Sequence record: ON286973
DNA length: 64,000 nt
Origin: Escherichia phage A51.2
Direction: 5' to 3' (one strand)
Notes under the pieces: generated by a model
Told to the model about the DNA's origin: nothing
What the model saw: only the letters and a program-made list of their open reading frames with translations
The model's database searches: none
Program-made: the position numbers and the translations under genes
Shown here: one piece after another, positions 19,347-28,156 of the stretch
How the letters are laid out: every line of letters begins with the position of its first letter
Numbering within the stretch: the first letter of the stretch is position 1

Positions 19347-19586
19347 ATGTACAAGTCATTTTCAATCTACTCAAGACAGTCGAAACACTACACAGAGATC
19401 CTGATCACTCAGAAAAAATCTGTGGAAGGTGAGTGGGAATATCACCATAAAATGTTGCGTCCAGACTGGGTTTTTGATAGACTTATTGCTATGATCCCTC
19501 TCGGAGAAGTATACCCTCTGACAGCCCATCGCGATGCTTGGGATTTAATTGATTACATAGATTCATTTAAGGAGCCTAGATTATGA
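19347..19586 (+). CDS. hypothetical protein
   Basis: ATG 19347 after AGAGGGGG. Confidence 0.4.
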   Translation: MYKSFSIYSRQSKHYTEILITQKKSVEGEWEYHHKMLRPDWVFDRLIAMIPLGEVYPLTAHRDAWDLIDYIDSFKEPRL

Positions 19587-19981
19587 AGATTGAGATTACT
19601 AAAGAAGGTAAGAAAGTGTCCGGCAACTATGCAACAGTAATTCGGGATTTAATGTTTGAAGCCACCAAGATCGGTACATCTAAAGTTGGTCAAACTGTTA
19701 GTGTGCAAAGTAATATCTCCACAGGAGAGAAGGTATTCATTGTGGTCAAAGGGCAGGATCCCGTGGAAGGAACAGTGGGCCGAGGTGGCTACCTGTGCAT
19801 TTCTGAAGAGCCGCGTATGTTAGTGGCTGACGCTACTATGGGTGGGAAACGTGTGTGCGAGGCGGATGAGGTAATGATTATCCAACCTGTTGATCCAGAT
19901 GACCCAGCAACTTGGGTGGTAGGAAATGAAATCTTCTCTTTAGAAGAGTTATCCTTCCCAGCACCGCGCTCTGTTCAGTAA
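19583..19981 (+). CDS. hypothetical protein (MKIEIT N-terminus)
   Basis: RBS AAGGAG; 132 aa. Confidence 0.45.
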   Translation: MKIEITKEGKKVSGNYATVIRDLMFEATKIGTSKVGQTVSVQSNISTGEKVFIVVKGQDPVEGTVGRGGYLCISEEPRMLVADATMGGKRVCEADEVMIIQPVDPDDPATWVVGNEIFSLEELSFPAPRSVQ

Positions 19982-20018
19982 TAATTTATCTTACCAGGGA
20001 CGGTAGGTAGGAGGTAGC

Positions 20019-20252
20019 ATGAAAGTTAAATTTCTTACAGATTTAGGGTACCCTTCCTTGGTTGACTGTGTTGGTAAAATTGTGGAAGCAAAACGGCTAT
20101 CTGCAAACGAGAATGTTGTCCTGGTTAAAGGGAAGGATTTACTAGCTGCAGGTGCAGAGTCTGGCAGGATCTCTCCTGATTATATGTATTACCTATCTTT
20201 AAGTAATCTGCCAGAGCGAGGCGGTAAAGGCCTTGAAGTTGTGGAGGAGTGA
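20019..20252 (+). CDS. small acidic protein, VEVVEE-tail family member A
   Basis: RBS AGGAGG; MKVKFL...KGKDLLAAGA...LEVVEE. Confidence 0.5.
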   Translation: MKVKFLTDLGYPSLVDCVGKIVEAKRLSANENVVLVKGKDLLAAGAESGRISPDYMYYLSLSNLPERGGKGLEVVEE

Positions 20253-20257
20253 CAGGT

Positions 20258-20782
20258 ATGCTTCTGATTAACTGGGAAGACCTCTATGGGGACAAAGACC
20301 CTGTTGCGTTTGTTGATCGTAGGTGGAGATACACTGAAGAACAACTGGCGGCAAAAAATTTAACTGCAAAACGCAGAAAGATCATCCAGTGCAAGTACAA
20401 ATACGCACAGTTTGCTGCAAAAGTGTCTCCACAAATCGAGAGCTTTGTGCTTAAATTGTATGACGAGTACCTCAAATTCAAATTGGATTTTGTGCAGGTG
20501 TACCGTGCACAGGTACGACCAGATACCAACATATGTAGATGGAAGGTTGTTTGTGAAGGTAAAGATTTGCCGCTCAGCTTGACAATTGAGTGGCGTTATG
20601 GGTATCATGAGTGTGGTCTGTATGATATTTGGGATGTCATTGTAGATCCTGCTAAGCATCTGAACACAGAGGAGCTGGAATATATCAATAAGGTTATTCT
20701 CGATATGTTTTTCAGCTACACACATGAAAACTCTGAGAAAGAACGGGATAATTTTCTTGACACCCTCAGCGACCATTTGTAG
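20258..20782 (+). CDS. hypothetical protein
   Basis: ATG 20258 after GGAGGAG. Confidence 0.45.
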   Translation: MLLINWEDLYGDKDPVAFVDRRWRYTEEQLAAKNLTAKRRKIIQCKYKYAQFAAKVSPQIESFVLKLYDEYLKFKLDFVQVYRAQVRPDTNICRWKVVCEGKDLPLSLTIEWRYGYHECGLYDIWDVIVDPAKHLNTEELEYINKVILDMFFSYTHENSEKERDNFLDTLSDHL

Positions 20783-20812
20783 TATACAATTTAACCTACA
20801 AAGGGAGGACCA

Positions 20813-21040
20813 ATGAGTATAAATGTTGTGCTAATAGGTTACCTGGTAATGTCCGTTATAACAGCGGTATTCTTGACAGGTGTATGCATCGTGTCCAGAC
20901 GAAGGGTGAAGTTTGATGATTTTATCACCATCATCACTGCTGCACCTTTTTGGCCTGTTGTTATCTTCATCGTAATAATGTGCCTAGTTGATTACTACAA
21001 GAATATCAGGAAGGAGAGTAGGGATGGAGACTGCACCTAA
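20813..21040 (+). CDS. small membrane protein (two predicted TM segments)
   Basis: RBS AAGGGAGG; hydrophobic stretches VVLIGYLVMSVITAVFL and FWPVVIFIVIMCLV. Confidence 0.45.
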   Translation: MSINVVLIGYLVMSVITAVFLTGVCIVSRRRVKFDDFITIITAAPFWPVVIFIVIMCLVDYYKNIRKESRDGDCT

Positions 21041-21176
21041 AACTATCTATACTGTTCTTAAAGAGATTGCGTTCTACGCAGATCTTAGCCAGGCACCTTT
21101 ATGGGAAAAGAGCATGTATTTAAAATGGTGCGTTAATTTAGGGAGACCTTCCAGTGTTTCAAGCCATGTTTATTGA
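21024..21176 (+). CDS. hypothetical small protein
   Basis: Internal ATG of ORF 20988..21176. Confidence 0.3.
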   Translation: METAPKTIYTVLKEIAFYADLSQAPLWEKSMYLKWCVNLGRPSSVSSHVY

Positions 21177-21259
21177 GATGCTATCTGGGATATTGTTACT
21201 GGTAGCCATCTTAGGTGGTGCAGTTCTGATGTATAACTATCTTGAAAAAGGAGACAGCA

Positions 21260-21445
21260 ATGGTAAAAAATAAATCTTTAGAGCAGGCTGAAAACCTTCT
21301 CCACGAGCTGGTAAAGGAGTGGAAAGTTGAATACTCAGATTTTAATGCACGAGAGGGTGAAGAATATTGGCCTACGGAGCGCTCAGAGGGCGAATGGTAT
21401 CAAGATTTTATAGAGTGGTTATATCAGACGTGCGATGAGGGGTGA
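21260..21445 (+). CDS. hypothetical protein
   Basis: ATG 21260 after AAGGAG. Confidence 0.4.
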   Translation: MVKNKSLEQAENLLHELVKEWKVEYSDFNAREGEEYWPTERSEGEWYQDFIEWLYQTCDEG

Positions 21446-21447
21446 CG

Positions 21448-21912
21448 ATGTTTGTTAAATATGTAAAAACGTGCCTCAACAGTCTTGGCAGAGAGCATTG
21501 GTACACCTTGCTTGAAAAAGGGGAAATTTTAACAAAATCTGGAAAGATAACTTTGATACCTCTTGATAGTAAAGGTAAAGACCCGTCACGACTTGTTATA
21601 GATGATTACGTTACAGGTGTGACGTTCGAGGTCTCTGTGGAGAGGTTAATACGCAGAGCTGGCGGCCCTTATGACCGAAGAGAGTATGTTTTCGATTCCG
21701 TTACAGAGATGGGGGAGCATCCGTCTTTAATGTTCAGGATGGTAATCAGAGATATGAGGTCATCTATAGATAGGATCGTAAAGGACATTAAGGAACCTTT
21801 TAGAGTAAAAGTTAAGAAGTTTTTCGATTCTAAGATTAACATACTCGCCGTTGCACTAGGTGTAGTTCAACTTCTGTTAATTTTGCACTATTTTGAACTA
21901 CTATTTAAGTAG
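21448..21912 (+). CDS. hypothetical protein with C-terminal hydrophobic segment
   Basis: ATG 21448 after GAGGGG. Confidence 0.4.
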   Translation: MFVKYVKTCLNSLGREHWYTLLEKGEILTKSGKITLIPLDSKGKDPSRLVIDDYVTGVTFEVSVERLIRRAGGPYDRREYVFDSVTEMGEHPSLMFRMVIRDMRSSIDRIVKDIKEPFRVKVKKFFDSKINILAVALGVVQLLLILHYFELLFK

Positions 21913-21974
21913 TAGTTGAGATATGGCACAAAGGATGTGCCATAGTGAAATAAACTAAGAAAGAGGTAGAGAGA

Positions 21975-22322
21975 ATGCCAAAGATTAAAACGTTATTACT
22001 GTGGGTAGCTGTTTTAGCTTTTATAGGGTACTGGACTTGGGAAACTGAATTAAAAGATATCGGATATACCAGTCTTGAGAGCAAGGCGTGCATTGGCATA
22101 ACCGATGCGTTCAGGCAAAATGCTATGGATCACGAATGTGTTGATGCAGATATAGATGAGAAACTGTCTAAGGACAAAGATTTTTACCATGGGCATGCTT
22201 TACTTGATAGTGGTGACACTGTAGAGTTCTGGTCGTGGTTTCGTGAAGATGGAACAATAAAAACAGCAGTAAAGATCTCTAACAAAGAGTTAATGCTGTT
22301 GCAGCAAAAGGAGGCTCAATGA
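21975..22322 (+). CDS. hypothetical protein with N-terminal TM/signal-like segment
   Basis: RBS AAGAGG; LLLWVAVLAFIGYW near N-terminus. Confidence 0.45.
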   Translation: MPKIKTLLLWVAVLAFIGYWTWETELKDIGYTSLESKACIGITDAFRQNAMDHECVDADIDEKLSKDKDFYHGHALLDSGDTVEFWSWFREDGTIKTAVKISNKELMLLQQKEAQ

Positions 22323-22606
22323 TCTGGATATCCTATGCTGATGGCACCATGCTGTATACTGCAGGTACCAGATATGAAGTTCAGGAGAACGATAAAAAAT
22401 TTATCGTAAAAACATTTGACAAGGACGACAACCTTTTGCTAGAATTGACTTACAAAGTTGGAGAGGTATCCAATATCCAGTTGGATTGTGGTCATAAAGA
22501 TAATCCACTCAAAAAACCTGGAGTAGGTAAGGCTTCAGAAGAACGTCTGTCTCGTATTGCAGAAAGCGTTTCTCCCCAAAAATCTAAGAAGAGGACTAGA
22601 AAATGA
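22319..22606 (+). CDS. hypothetical protein
   Basis: RBS AAAGGAGG, overlapping start/stop. Confidence 0.4.
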   Translation: MIWISYADGTMLYTAGTRYEVQENDKKFIVKTFDKDDNLLLELTYKVGEVSNIQLDCGHKDNPLKKPGVGKASEERLSRIAESVSPQKSKKRTRK

Positions 22607-22797
22607 AAAACTTACGTTTTAACACTTATTACTACAACACATTGAATGATTTGTATTATATTGTTCGAAGTAAAAGTCCTGAAACAGTCCTATTCTGCCG
22701 CGAACCTTTCAAAGGGGAGGAAGTAGAGTCTGAGATGAATGTTAGCCAGATCACCTCTTTGTTGCTCTCAGGCGCAATGGAAGAAGCAATATTCTAA
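22603..22797 (+). CDS. hypothetical protein
   Basis: RBS AAGAGGA. Confidence 0.4.
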   Translation: MKNLRFNTYYYNTLNDLYYIVRSKSPETVLFCREPFKGEEVESEMNVSQITSLLLSGAMEEAIF

Positions 22798-22815
22798 ACC
22801 AGGCAGGAGGGTTTT

Positions 22816-23001
22816 ATGAAGCACTATTGCCTGTCTGGTAGAATGGGTGCAGATTGTGATTGGGTTTTCTTAAAACTTGTCAGCATTCGAGAGTTCATCC
22901 CAGAGGAAGAGCAAGAAAGCGAGCTGATGTCATGGATCAACCATTACGGTAACACTTTTCGGCATGTTAAGGTAGAAGAGTTGCCAAGCGAGGCTGATTG
23001 A
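22816..23001 (+). CDS. hypothetical protein
   Basis: RBS AGGAGG. Confidence 0.4.
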   Translation: MKHYCLSGRMGADCDWVFLKLVSIREFIPEEEQESELMSWINHYGNTFRHVKVEELPSEAD

Positions 23002-23096
23002 CTATGATTGCATCAATATTAACGTTTATGGGTGGCGTGGCATTCGGATTCATTGTTTGCCTGTTTATAGTGATTATGTCTATGCGAGGCTGAATT

Positions 23097-23393
23097 ATGA
23101 AACTTTTTGAGTGGTTTAAAAAGTTTAAATATAAAGCTGTAGCCATCGTGCCGTGGTCCATTCAGTGGGTTGATGAAGGTGGTCTACCGATACCTGGTGA
23201 CAAAGATACTGGGTACTGGATTATGATGGAGAACGGGTTTGGAAAGCGAAAGTATACGTGCACAAACTCTACTCGATCTGCACTTAATAGAGTGCCTGGT
23301 TACAAACTTATGGTTGTGTGGAAAATGTCAGGCGTGCCTCCAGCCAATGCTCAATTTCTTACTGACAATCCGACCACGGTAGAGGGAGATTGA
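23097..23393 (+). CDS. hypothetical protein
   Basis: 98-aa ORF. Confidence 0.4.
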   Translation: MKLFEWFKKFKYKAVAIVPWSIQWVDEGGLPIPGDKDTGYWIMMENGFGKRKYTCTNSTRSALNRVPGYKLMVVWKMSGVPPANAQFLTDNPTTVEGD

Positions 23394-23395
23394 TA

Positions 23396-23677
23396 ATGAA
23401 AAAGATTAACAGTAGTGAAGTAGAGTTTAAACTTGTCGGAAAAGGCACTTACTGGGAAGTTCGTCAAAAGGTATATTTGTTCGGTCTTATTCCCTACTGG
23501 TCTAAATTCTACTGGGGAGCTAACGAGTTGGGAAGATACGCCACCAAATCAATGGCACTTATTGGTATAGCAGAGTACATTGCAGCCCGAGACAGGGTTG
23601 GAACCACTTATTACTACACTGCTGACGATATTCGTAACAGTGTTTACGTCCCACAACCACCTGATGGAGACCGTTGA
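23396..23677 (+). CDS. hypothetical protein
   Basis: ATG 23396 after AGAGGGAG. Confidence 0.4.
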   Translation: MKKINSSEVEFKLVGKGTYWEVRQKVYLFGLIPYWSKFYWGANELGRYATKSMALIGIAEYIAARDRVGTTYYYTADDIRNSVYVPQPPDGDR

Positions 23678-23901
23678 TGAAAGTTAAAGTTTTAGATTCA
23701 AGCTTCTATATTGGTCAGGAGCCTTTAGTAGGAAAAGTGTTTACTGCTGTCCCTAACGAAGATTACCCTGACCTTTTAAAAATAAAAGGAGCAGATCTTA
23801 TTGCCGCTGGTGCATCTCAGGAATGCTTTGACAGTCAGTGGACCTATAACTTTGCCCTAGGTGAGGATGTAGAGGTAGTGGAGGACGATCATGAAGGTTA
23901 A
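23677..23901 (+). CDS. small acidic protein, VEVVEE-tail family member B
   Basis: MKVKVLDS...KGADLIAAGA...DVEVVEDD. Confidence 0.5.
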   Translation: MKVKVLDSSFYIGQEPLVGKVFTAVPNEDYPDLLKIKGADLIAAGASQECFDSQWTYNFALGEDVEVVEDDHEG

Positions 23902-24145
23902 AATTCTTGATTCTAACGTCTACTTGGGACAATCCTTCCTGAATGGAAAGGTCGTTCCTGCGGTATACTTTGAAGGGTTGCCGTGGGATGATCCTGTGCG
24001 GCAACATCACAGTTATGTAGGCCACAACGTGGTGTTTATCTTGGGATCAGACCTGATCACCGCTGGTGCACCTGAATATTATTTCGGGGAAGAGTCCTAC
24101 TATGCCTTTGGGGTAGGGTCAGATGCAGATATTGTAGAGCTGTGA
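23891..24145 (+). CDS. small acidic protein, VEVVEE-tail family member C
   Basis: MKVKILDS...GSDLITAGA...DADIVEL; similar to B. Confidence 0.5.
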   Translation: MKVKILDSNVYLGQSFLNGKVVPAVYFEGLPWDDPVRQHHSYVGHNVVFILGSDLITAGAPEYYFGEESYYAFGVGSDADIVEL

Positions 24146-24157
24146 TGGGTAACCGTT

Positions 24158-24556
24158 GTGAAAAATAAACTGTTTAAAGTTACAATGAAAATTCGCGGGG
24201 CTTGGAGCGTAAAGCAAGGGCGTATTCCAGAATTTGAGAAAGACTTCTACGTAGTCTCCACCTCGGAGGAGGCTGCATGCTGGCAGGCTGGCTATGCCTA
24301 TGCAAGAACCTGGTACGAAGGATACCAGACTGGGGGCTATGACGGAGAAATTATCAGCAAGGGTGTAGAAGAAATTAATGTGTTGACAAGTGAAAAAGTT
24401 TTTGTTATAGTGCATCCAGATTCCAGAGTGAAGCATTACTGGAATGCCAGAACAAAAACTTGGACACCGTTTGCAGATTCTGCTACGCCACTTTTAAACC
24501 AGAAAGCTCTTGACTCTGCCCCAAGTTATGGGGTTGTTGAAGAAAAGCTAAACTGA
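24158..24556 (+). CDS. hypothetical protein, paralogue of 26368..26763
   Basis: Shares HP[DH]S..YW..K.WTP motif with the 26368 gene; GTG start. Confidence 0.45.
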   Translation: MKNKLFKVTMKIRGAWSVKQGRIPEFEKDFYVVSTSEEAACWQAGYAYARTWYEGYQTGGYDGEIISKGVEEINVLTSEKVFVIVHPDSRVKHYWNARTKTWTPFADSATPLLNQKALDSAPSYGVVEEKLN

Positions 24557-24573
24557 AACAGTGAGGTGTCACC

Positions 24574-24864
24574 ATGATGGATTTAATTCTAAATATTGAT
24601 AACGCAGGAGAGTTTAAAGACGATGGTGTAACAAGCATGGACAAACCCTGCTCTGCTAAGGTTGACTCAAAATGGACCTACAAGTTTGACGGAGAGATCT
24701 TCGCAAATGATGAGAAGGTTGTAGATGCTGCAGCCATTTTAAACGCTCTAGGGTACGACCCTGTGAATTCTTTGATCAAGGATCCTGTTGAGTTTGCAGA
24801 GTATGTTCGAAAAATGGCAGATCTTGCTGTGGATATTTTAAAAACTATCGACAACAAGCTGTAA
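24574..24864 (+). CDS. hypothetical protein
   Basis: RBS GTGAGGTG. Confidence 0.45.
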   Translation: MMDLILNIDNAGEFKDDGVTSMDKPCSAKVDSKWTYKFDGEIFANDEKVVDAAAILNALGYDPVNSLIKDPVEFAEYVRKMADLAVDILKTIDNKL

Positions 24865-24870
24865 AAACTG

Positions 24871-24899
24871 TTGACACAACGCTTCAGATTTAGTATCAT
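24871..24899 (+). promoter_or_regulatory. sigma70-like promoter (TTGACA-17-TATCAT) upstream of hpf homologue
   Basis: Consensus -35 with 17-bp spacer. Confidence 0.55.
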
Positions 24900-24948
24900 T
24901 GTTTTCAAAGAGAGATAGTTATTCCCTCTTCCTTAAAAGGAACACGTT

Positions 24949-25269
24949 ATGCAAATTGAAATCACTGGCAACAATGTAGAAATCACAGAAGGTATGGTAT
25001 CTTTTATTTCCCGCAAAATGTCCAAGCTGGAGCGTTTACATCCCTCTGTTAACTATGCACGTGTGAGTGTAAAAGTTGAAAATGATCACCAGGAAGTTAT
25101 GGCGTTCATTTTTGACAATTCTGGAAAAGAAGTTATTGCCAAGGCTAAAGGCAGTGATGCTTACGAGGCAACTGACCGTATGGTAGATGTTGCAGCACGT
25201 CAGCTGGCTAAATGCGGTGGAAAGAAAGGTAAGGGGAAAGGCAAAGTAAAGATTGACTTTGGAGAATGA
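24949..25269 (+). CDS. hpf: ribosome hibernation promoting factor / RaiA (YfiA) family protein
   Basis: MQIEITGNNVEITEGM...KLE...VKVE...DAYEATDRMVDVAARQLAK aligns closely with E. coli HPF/YfiA; basic Lys/Gly C-tail. Confidence 0.85.
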   Translation: MQIEITGNNVEITEGMVSFISRKMSKLERLHPSVNYARVSVKVENDHQEVMAFIFDNSGKEVIAKAKGSDAYEATDRMVDVAARQLAKCGGKKGKGKGKVKIDFGE

Positions 25270-25406
25270 GGTGCTACAATGGGTGTGATTAAGAAATTAG
25301 TCCCAAATGTAGAGATTGCATGCTTTGAAATTATGTTTGCAATCGCAGTTGTAGTTAATGTGTTAGGTTACGGCTATTAATATCAAATAATTGAGGAGAC
25401 CTCTAA

Positions 25407-25676
25407 ATGAAAATTAAATTATTCCAAACTGAGCTGGCAGACAAAAATTGTGGACTGGTTGAAGGCATGATTGTTGAAGCACAACCAGTGGACTATATGA
25501 AGGTGGTTCGTGATGCCCTAGGTGAAGGTTTTGATCTGATGGAGCCAGCTCTGCGAGAAGATGTTATCGAGATGGCTAAAAAGCACACACCTGAAGGTTT
25601 GGTGGTGTTTGTTGCACCGGGTAACGGAGAAGAGTTGATTGTAACTCCTGATGTGTATGAGATTGTAGAGGAATAA
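25407..25676 (+). CDS. small acidic protein, VEVVEE-tail family member D
   Basis: RBS GAGGAG; MKIKLF...C-terminus VYEIVEE. Confidence 0.5.
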   Translation: MKIKLFQTELADKNCGLVEGMIVEAQPVDYMKVVRDALGEGFDLMEPALREDVIEMAKKHTPEGLVVFVAPGNGEELIVTPDVYEIVEE

Positions 25677-25767
25677 TCCTGCTTGGATTAGCATACTTCC
25701 TCGCTAAGGAAGATTTGTAATTATTTGTGGGAAAGGAGTCCCAATCTCTTACCAGAGGTGATACTAT

Positions 25768-26031
25768 ATGATTGTTTATTTTAAAACTTCAGGTGGATAC
25801 CCTGATTCTCAAAGCTTGATCGGAAAAACGTGCACAGCATACTCACCTCTTGATGAGGAGGTAAGCGATATTTTACGAAATATGTATCGGATTGACCCCC
25901 AAGAAGCCTTTGATCAAAACCTTGTATTTGTCAAGGGCTCAGATATGAAGTCTTTGGGAGCATTCCCTGAAGCAGATGATGATGCCGTTTATTCGTTCAT
26001 GACTCCTTTTGAAGCTATGGTTGTTGGGTGA
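25768..26031 (+). CDS. small acidic protein, VEVVEE-tail family member E
   Basis: RBS AGAGGTG; KGSDMKSLGA core; C-terminus FEAMVVG. Confidence 0.5.
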   Translation: MIVYFKTSGGYPDSQSLIGKTCTAYSPLDEEVSDILRNMYRIDPQEAFDQNLVFVKGSDMKSLGAFPEADDDAVYSFMTPFEAMVVG

Positions 26032-26035
26032 TAAT

Positions 26036-26368
26036 ATGAAAGTACGCTTTATTGGTGAAACAATTCCTGTGCATCTCCGGTCGCCTGAGGATTCTGCAGA
26101 TCTTGCATCTCAAAAGGCGAGAGGTTATGATAAGAAAGTAACCTCAACCGATGTAGTGCTTGAGGCTACTAGTCTACCTGACCCTGCTGCATTCTTTAAT
26201 CATTATGGGTACTATTTCAGCAATCTGATGAATATCGGTGAGCTTGTGTTTATTAGTGGTGGAGAAATTGTTAGCAAGCTTGGCGGCGATCCGGATGTCT
26301 TTCATGAAACCTGTCCTTTTGCATTTGTGGTGGGTTCAGATGTGGAAGTTATTGAGGAGGTGCGGTAA
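26036..26368 (+). CDS. small acidic protein, VEVVEE-tail family member F
   Basis: MKVRFIGE...C-terminus SDVEVIEEVR; ATG 26036. Confidence 0.5.
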   Translation: MKVRFIGETIPVHLRSPEDSADLASQKARGYDKKVTSTDVVLEATSLPDPAAFFNHYGYYFSNLMNIGELVFISGGEIVSKLGGDPDVFHETCPFAFVVGSDVEVIEEVR

Positions 26369-26763
26369 TGGTAAGCCTATACCGTGTTGAGTATAGCTCA
26401 GATACTGTATACAACGTAAGAAGCAAAGATCGCAGCGACAGAGTGCAAGAAATGTATGTTCTTGCCGACAGTCCGTTATCTGCAGCGTTCAAGGCAGGGG
26501 CTCTTGCATCTCGTTGGAAATTTGAAGGCGGATCTTTCTATGAAGAAACCCTTGAAGATTCTGTTGTTATTTCTTCTGTAGAGGTTTCAGATGACTACGA
26601 AGGGAAAAAGTTCGTAATGCGGCACCCACACAGCAACATTGCGTACTACTGGGATGTTCTGAACAACGAGTGGACCCCAGATCTTCAGAAGGCTACTGTG
26701 CTAACACCGTTTTTGGCAGATAAGTTCCCACCAGAAGGTAATTTATCCGCACTGTTTCAGTAA
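26368..26763 (+). CDS. hypothetical protein, paralogue of 24158..24556
   Basis: RBS GGAGGTG; shares HPHS..YW..WTP motif. Confidence 0.5.
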   Translation: MVSLYRVEYSSDTVYNVRSKDRSDRVQEMYVLADSPLSAAFKAGALASRWKFEGGSFYEETLEDSVVISSVEVSDDYEGKKFVMRHPHSNIAYYWDVLNNEWTPDLQKATVLTPFLADKFPPEGNLSALFQ

Positions 26764-26781
26764 TTTTCTTGCACACAGGTG

Positions 26782-26812
26782 TTGACAACACCAACCCTGT
26801 GTGAAATAATAC
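26782..26812 (+). promoter_or_regulatory. possible promoter (TTGACA inside CACACAGG/CCTGTGTG inverted repeat)
   Basis: -35 consensus flanked by 8-bp inverted repeat; -10 ambiguous. Confidence 0.35.
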
Positions 26813-26842
26813 CTTCATCTTAACAAGACGGGAGACTGATTG

Positions 26843-27100
26843 ATGAAGATTAAACTGAAAAACCTTGAAATGGCAGAGATTCAGGATGGTGTTGATTTCC
26901 GCTCTAAAGATGGTGACATCTTGGAGGTAAATCTTCCAACCTACGAGCTGATTAAAGGTTTTGGCAACGTTCAGGAAGAGGATATTCCAGAAACTCTTAT
27001 GATGTTGATTCTTGACGGAACTGTGTTTGTAGGTGAAGGTGAGAACGCTATTGCAATCCCCGGCCATTTTTATGAAGTAGTTGACGAAGAGGTGCTGTAA
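26843..27100 (+). CDS. small acidic protein, VEVVEE-tail family member G
   Basis: MKIKLKNL...C-terminus YEVVDEEVL. Confidence 0.5.
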   Translation: MKIKLKNLEMAEIQDGVDFRSKDGDILEVNLPTYELIKGFGNVQEEDIPETLMMLILDGTVFVGEGENAIAIPGHFYEVVDEEVL

Positions 27101-27451
27101 ATGAAAGTAGAAATTACTGGTTTTGATGTTAGTGTGGTTCCGGAAGATATTTTAGCTAACTTACCGGAAGGTTTTGGTAACGGTGTTGTGGTGGATGCTG
27201 TTCCTCCTACCAAAGACATTCTGCTGCAGTATGGTGTAGCAGAGGAAGATGTCGATAAAGTTCTTACAATGATGGCAATCGATCGTGTTGTCGTTGTTAA
27301 AGGTCTCGATAATTTTGAGAGTGATCCTCTGATTATTCGCGGAGATGACTACAAAATCATCGATAATGAAGGCCAAGAGTTCTATGAGCCTTGTGCAGAA
27401 GATATTCTTAACTTATTACTGGAAGCAGGCACCGAAGAGGAGGACGAATAA
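27101..27451 (+). CDS. hypothetical acidic protein (MKVEITG N-terminus)
   Basis: 116-aa ORF, C-terminus EEEDE. Confidence 0.45.
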   Translation: MKVEITGFDVSVVPEDILANLPEGFGNGVVVDAVPPTKDILLQYGVAEEDVDKVLTMMAIDRVVVVKGLDNFESDPLIIRGDDYKIIDNEGQEFYEPCAEDILNLLLEAGTEEEDE

Positions 27452-27780
27452 TGAAGATTGACCCGTTACTGAAGGCTCGTGCAGAAAAAGCGTACACCAT
27501 TAAGCTGACCAACCTGGTTCCTACTTGTCATCCAGATGTAGGTTGGCCCGAAGGTTTGGTGGAGGGAACTGTAACAGCTGCATACCTTCCTAACATCAAA
27601 TACCTTATGGAAATCTTGGAGCTGGATGAGGAAACGGCAGAAGAGTTACAGTTGGACATGAAACAAAGTGGGACTCTGGTTATTCACGGGTGGTATAATA
27701 CTAAAGATGCAGAAGACCCTCTGGTAACTTCTAATCTGGCATATGAAATCTTAGGACCTTTGAACCTGGAGGAAGACTAA
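27451..27780 (+). CDS. hypothetical acidic protein
   Basis: 109-aa ORF, overlapping start/stop. Confidence 0.45.
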   Translation: MKIDPLLKARAEKAYTIKLTNLVPTCHPDVGWPEGLVEGTVTAAYLPNIKYLMEILELDEETAEELQLDMKQSGTLVIHGWYNTKDAEDPLVTSNLAYEILGPLNLEED

Positions 27781-28067
27781 TGAAAGATTTGGTTAAGATT
27801 AAGATTAAAGATACCAATGGAGAACTCAGCCATTTTGGAATTAAGGATGGTGACGAGCTGATCGCACACTTGCCTACTAAGGAGGTTGTAAGCAAAGCAG
27901 TTGCCGGAGAAGAAGCTGCAATGCAGGCTGCAGGTGTGGATGAAAACTATGTAGCTATGTGCATGTGCCGAGATCAGGTTGTTCTGTATAAAGCGTATCG
28001 ACCAAACGGAGCCACGGAGTGGCTTGTATTCCGACCCGAAGGATATGAAATCTTAGAGGCACTATGA
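27780..28067 (+). CDS. hypothetical protein
   Basis: 95-aa ORF. Confidence 0.45.
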   Translation: MKDLVKIKIKDTNGELSHFGIKDGDELIAHLPTKEVVSKAVAGEEAAMQAAGVDENYVAMCMCRDQVVLYKAYRPNGATEWLVFRPEGYEILEAL

Positions 28068-28156
28068 TAAATCTTGCCAAGGTTGCAACGGCACTGTTAA
28101 TTATTTGCTGGTCTGTAACCTTAACACTGTGTCTTGTATTTCAGTGAGGTGCTTGT

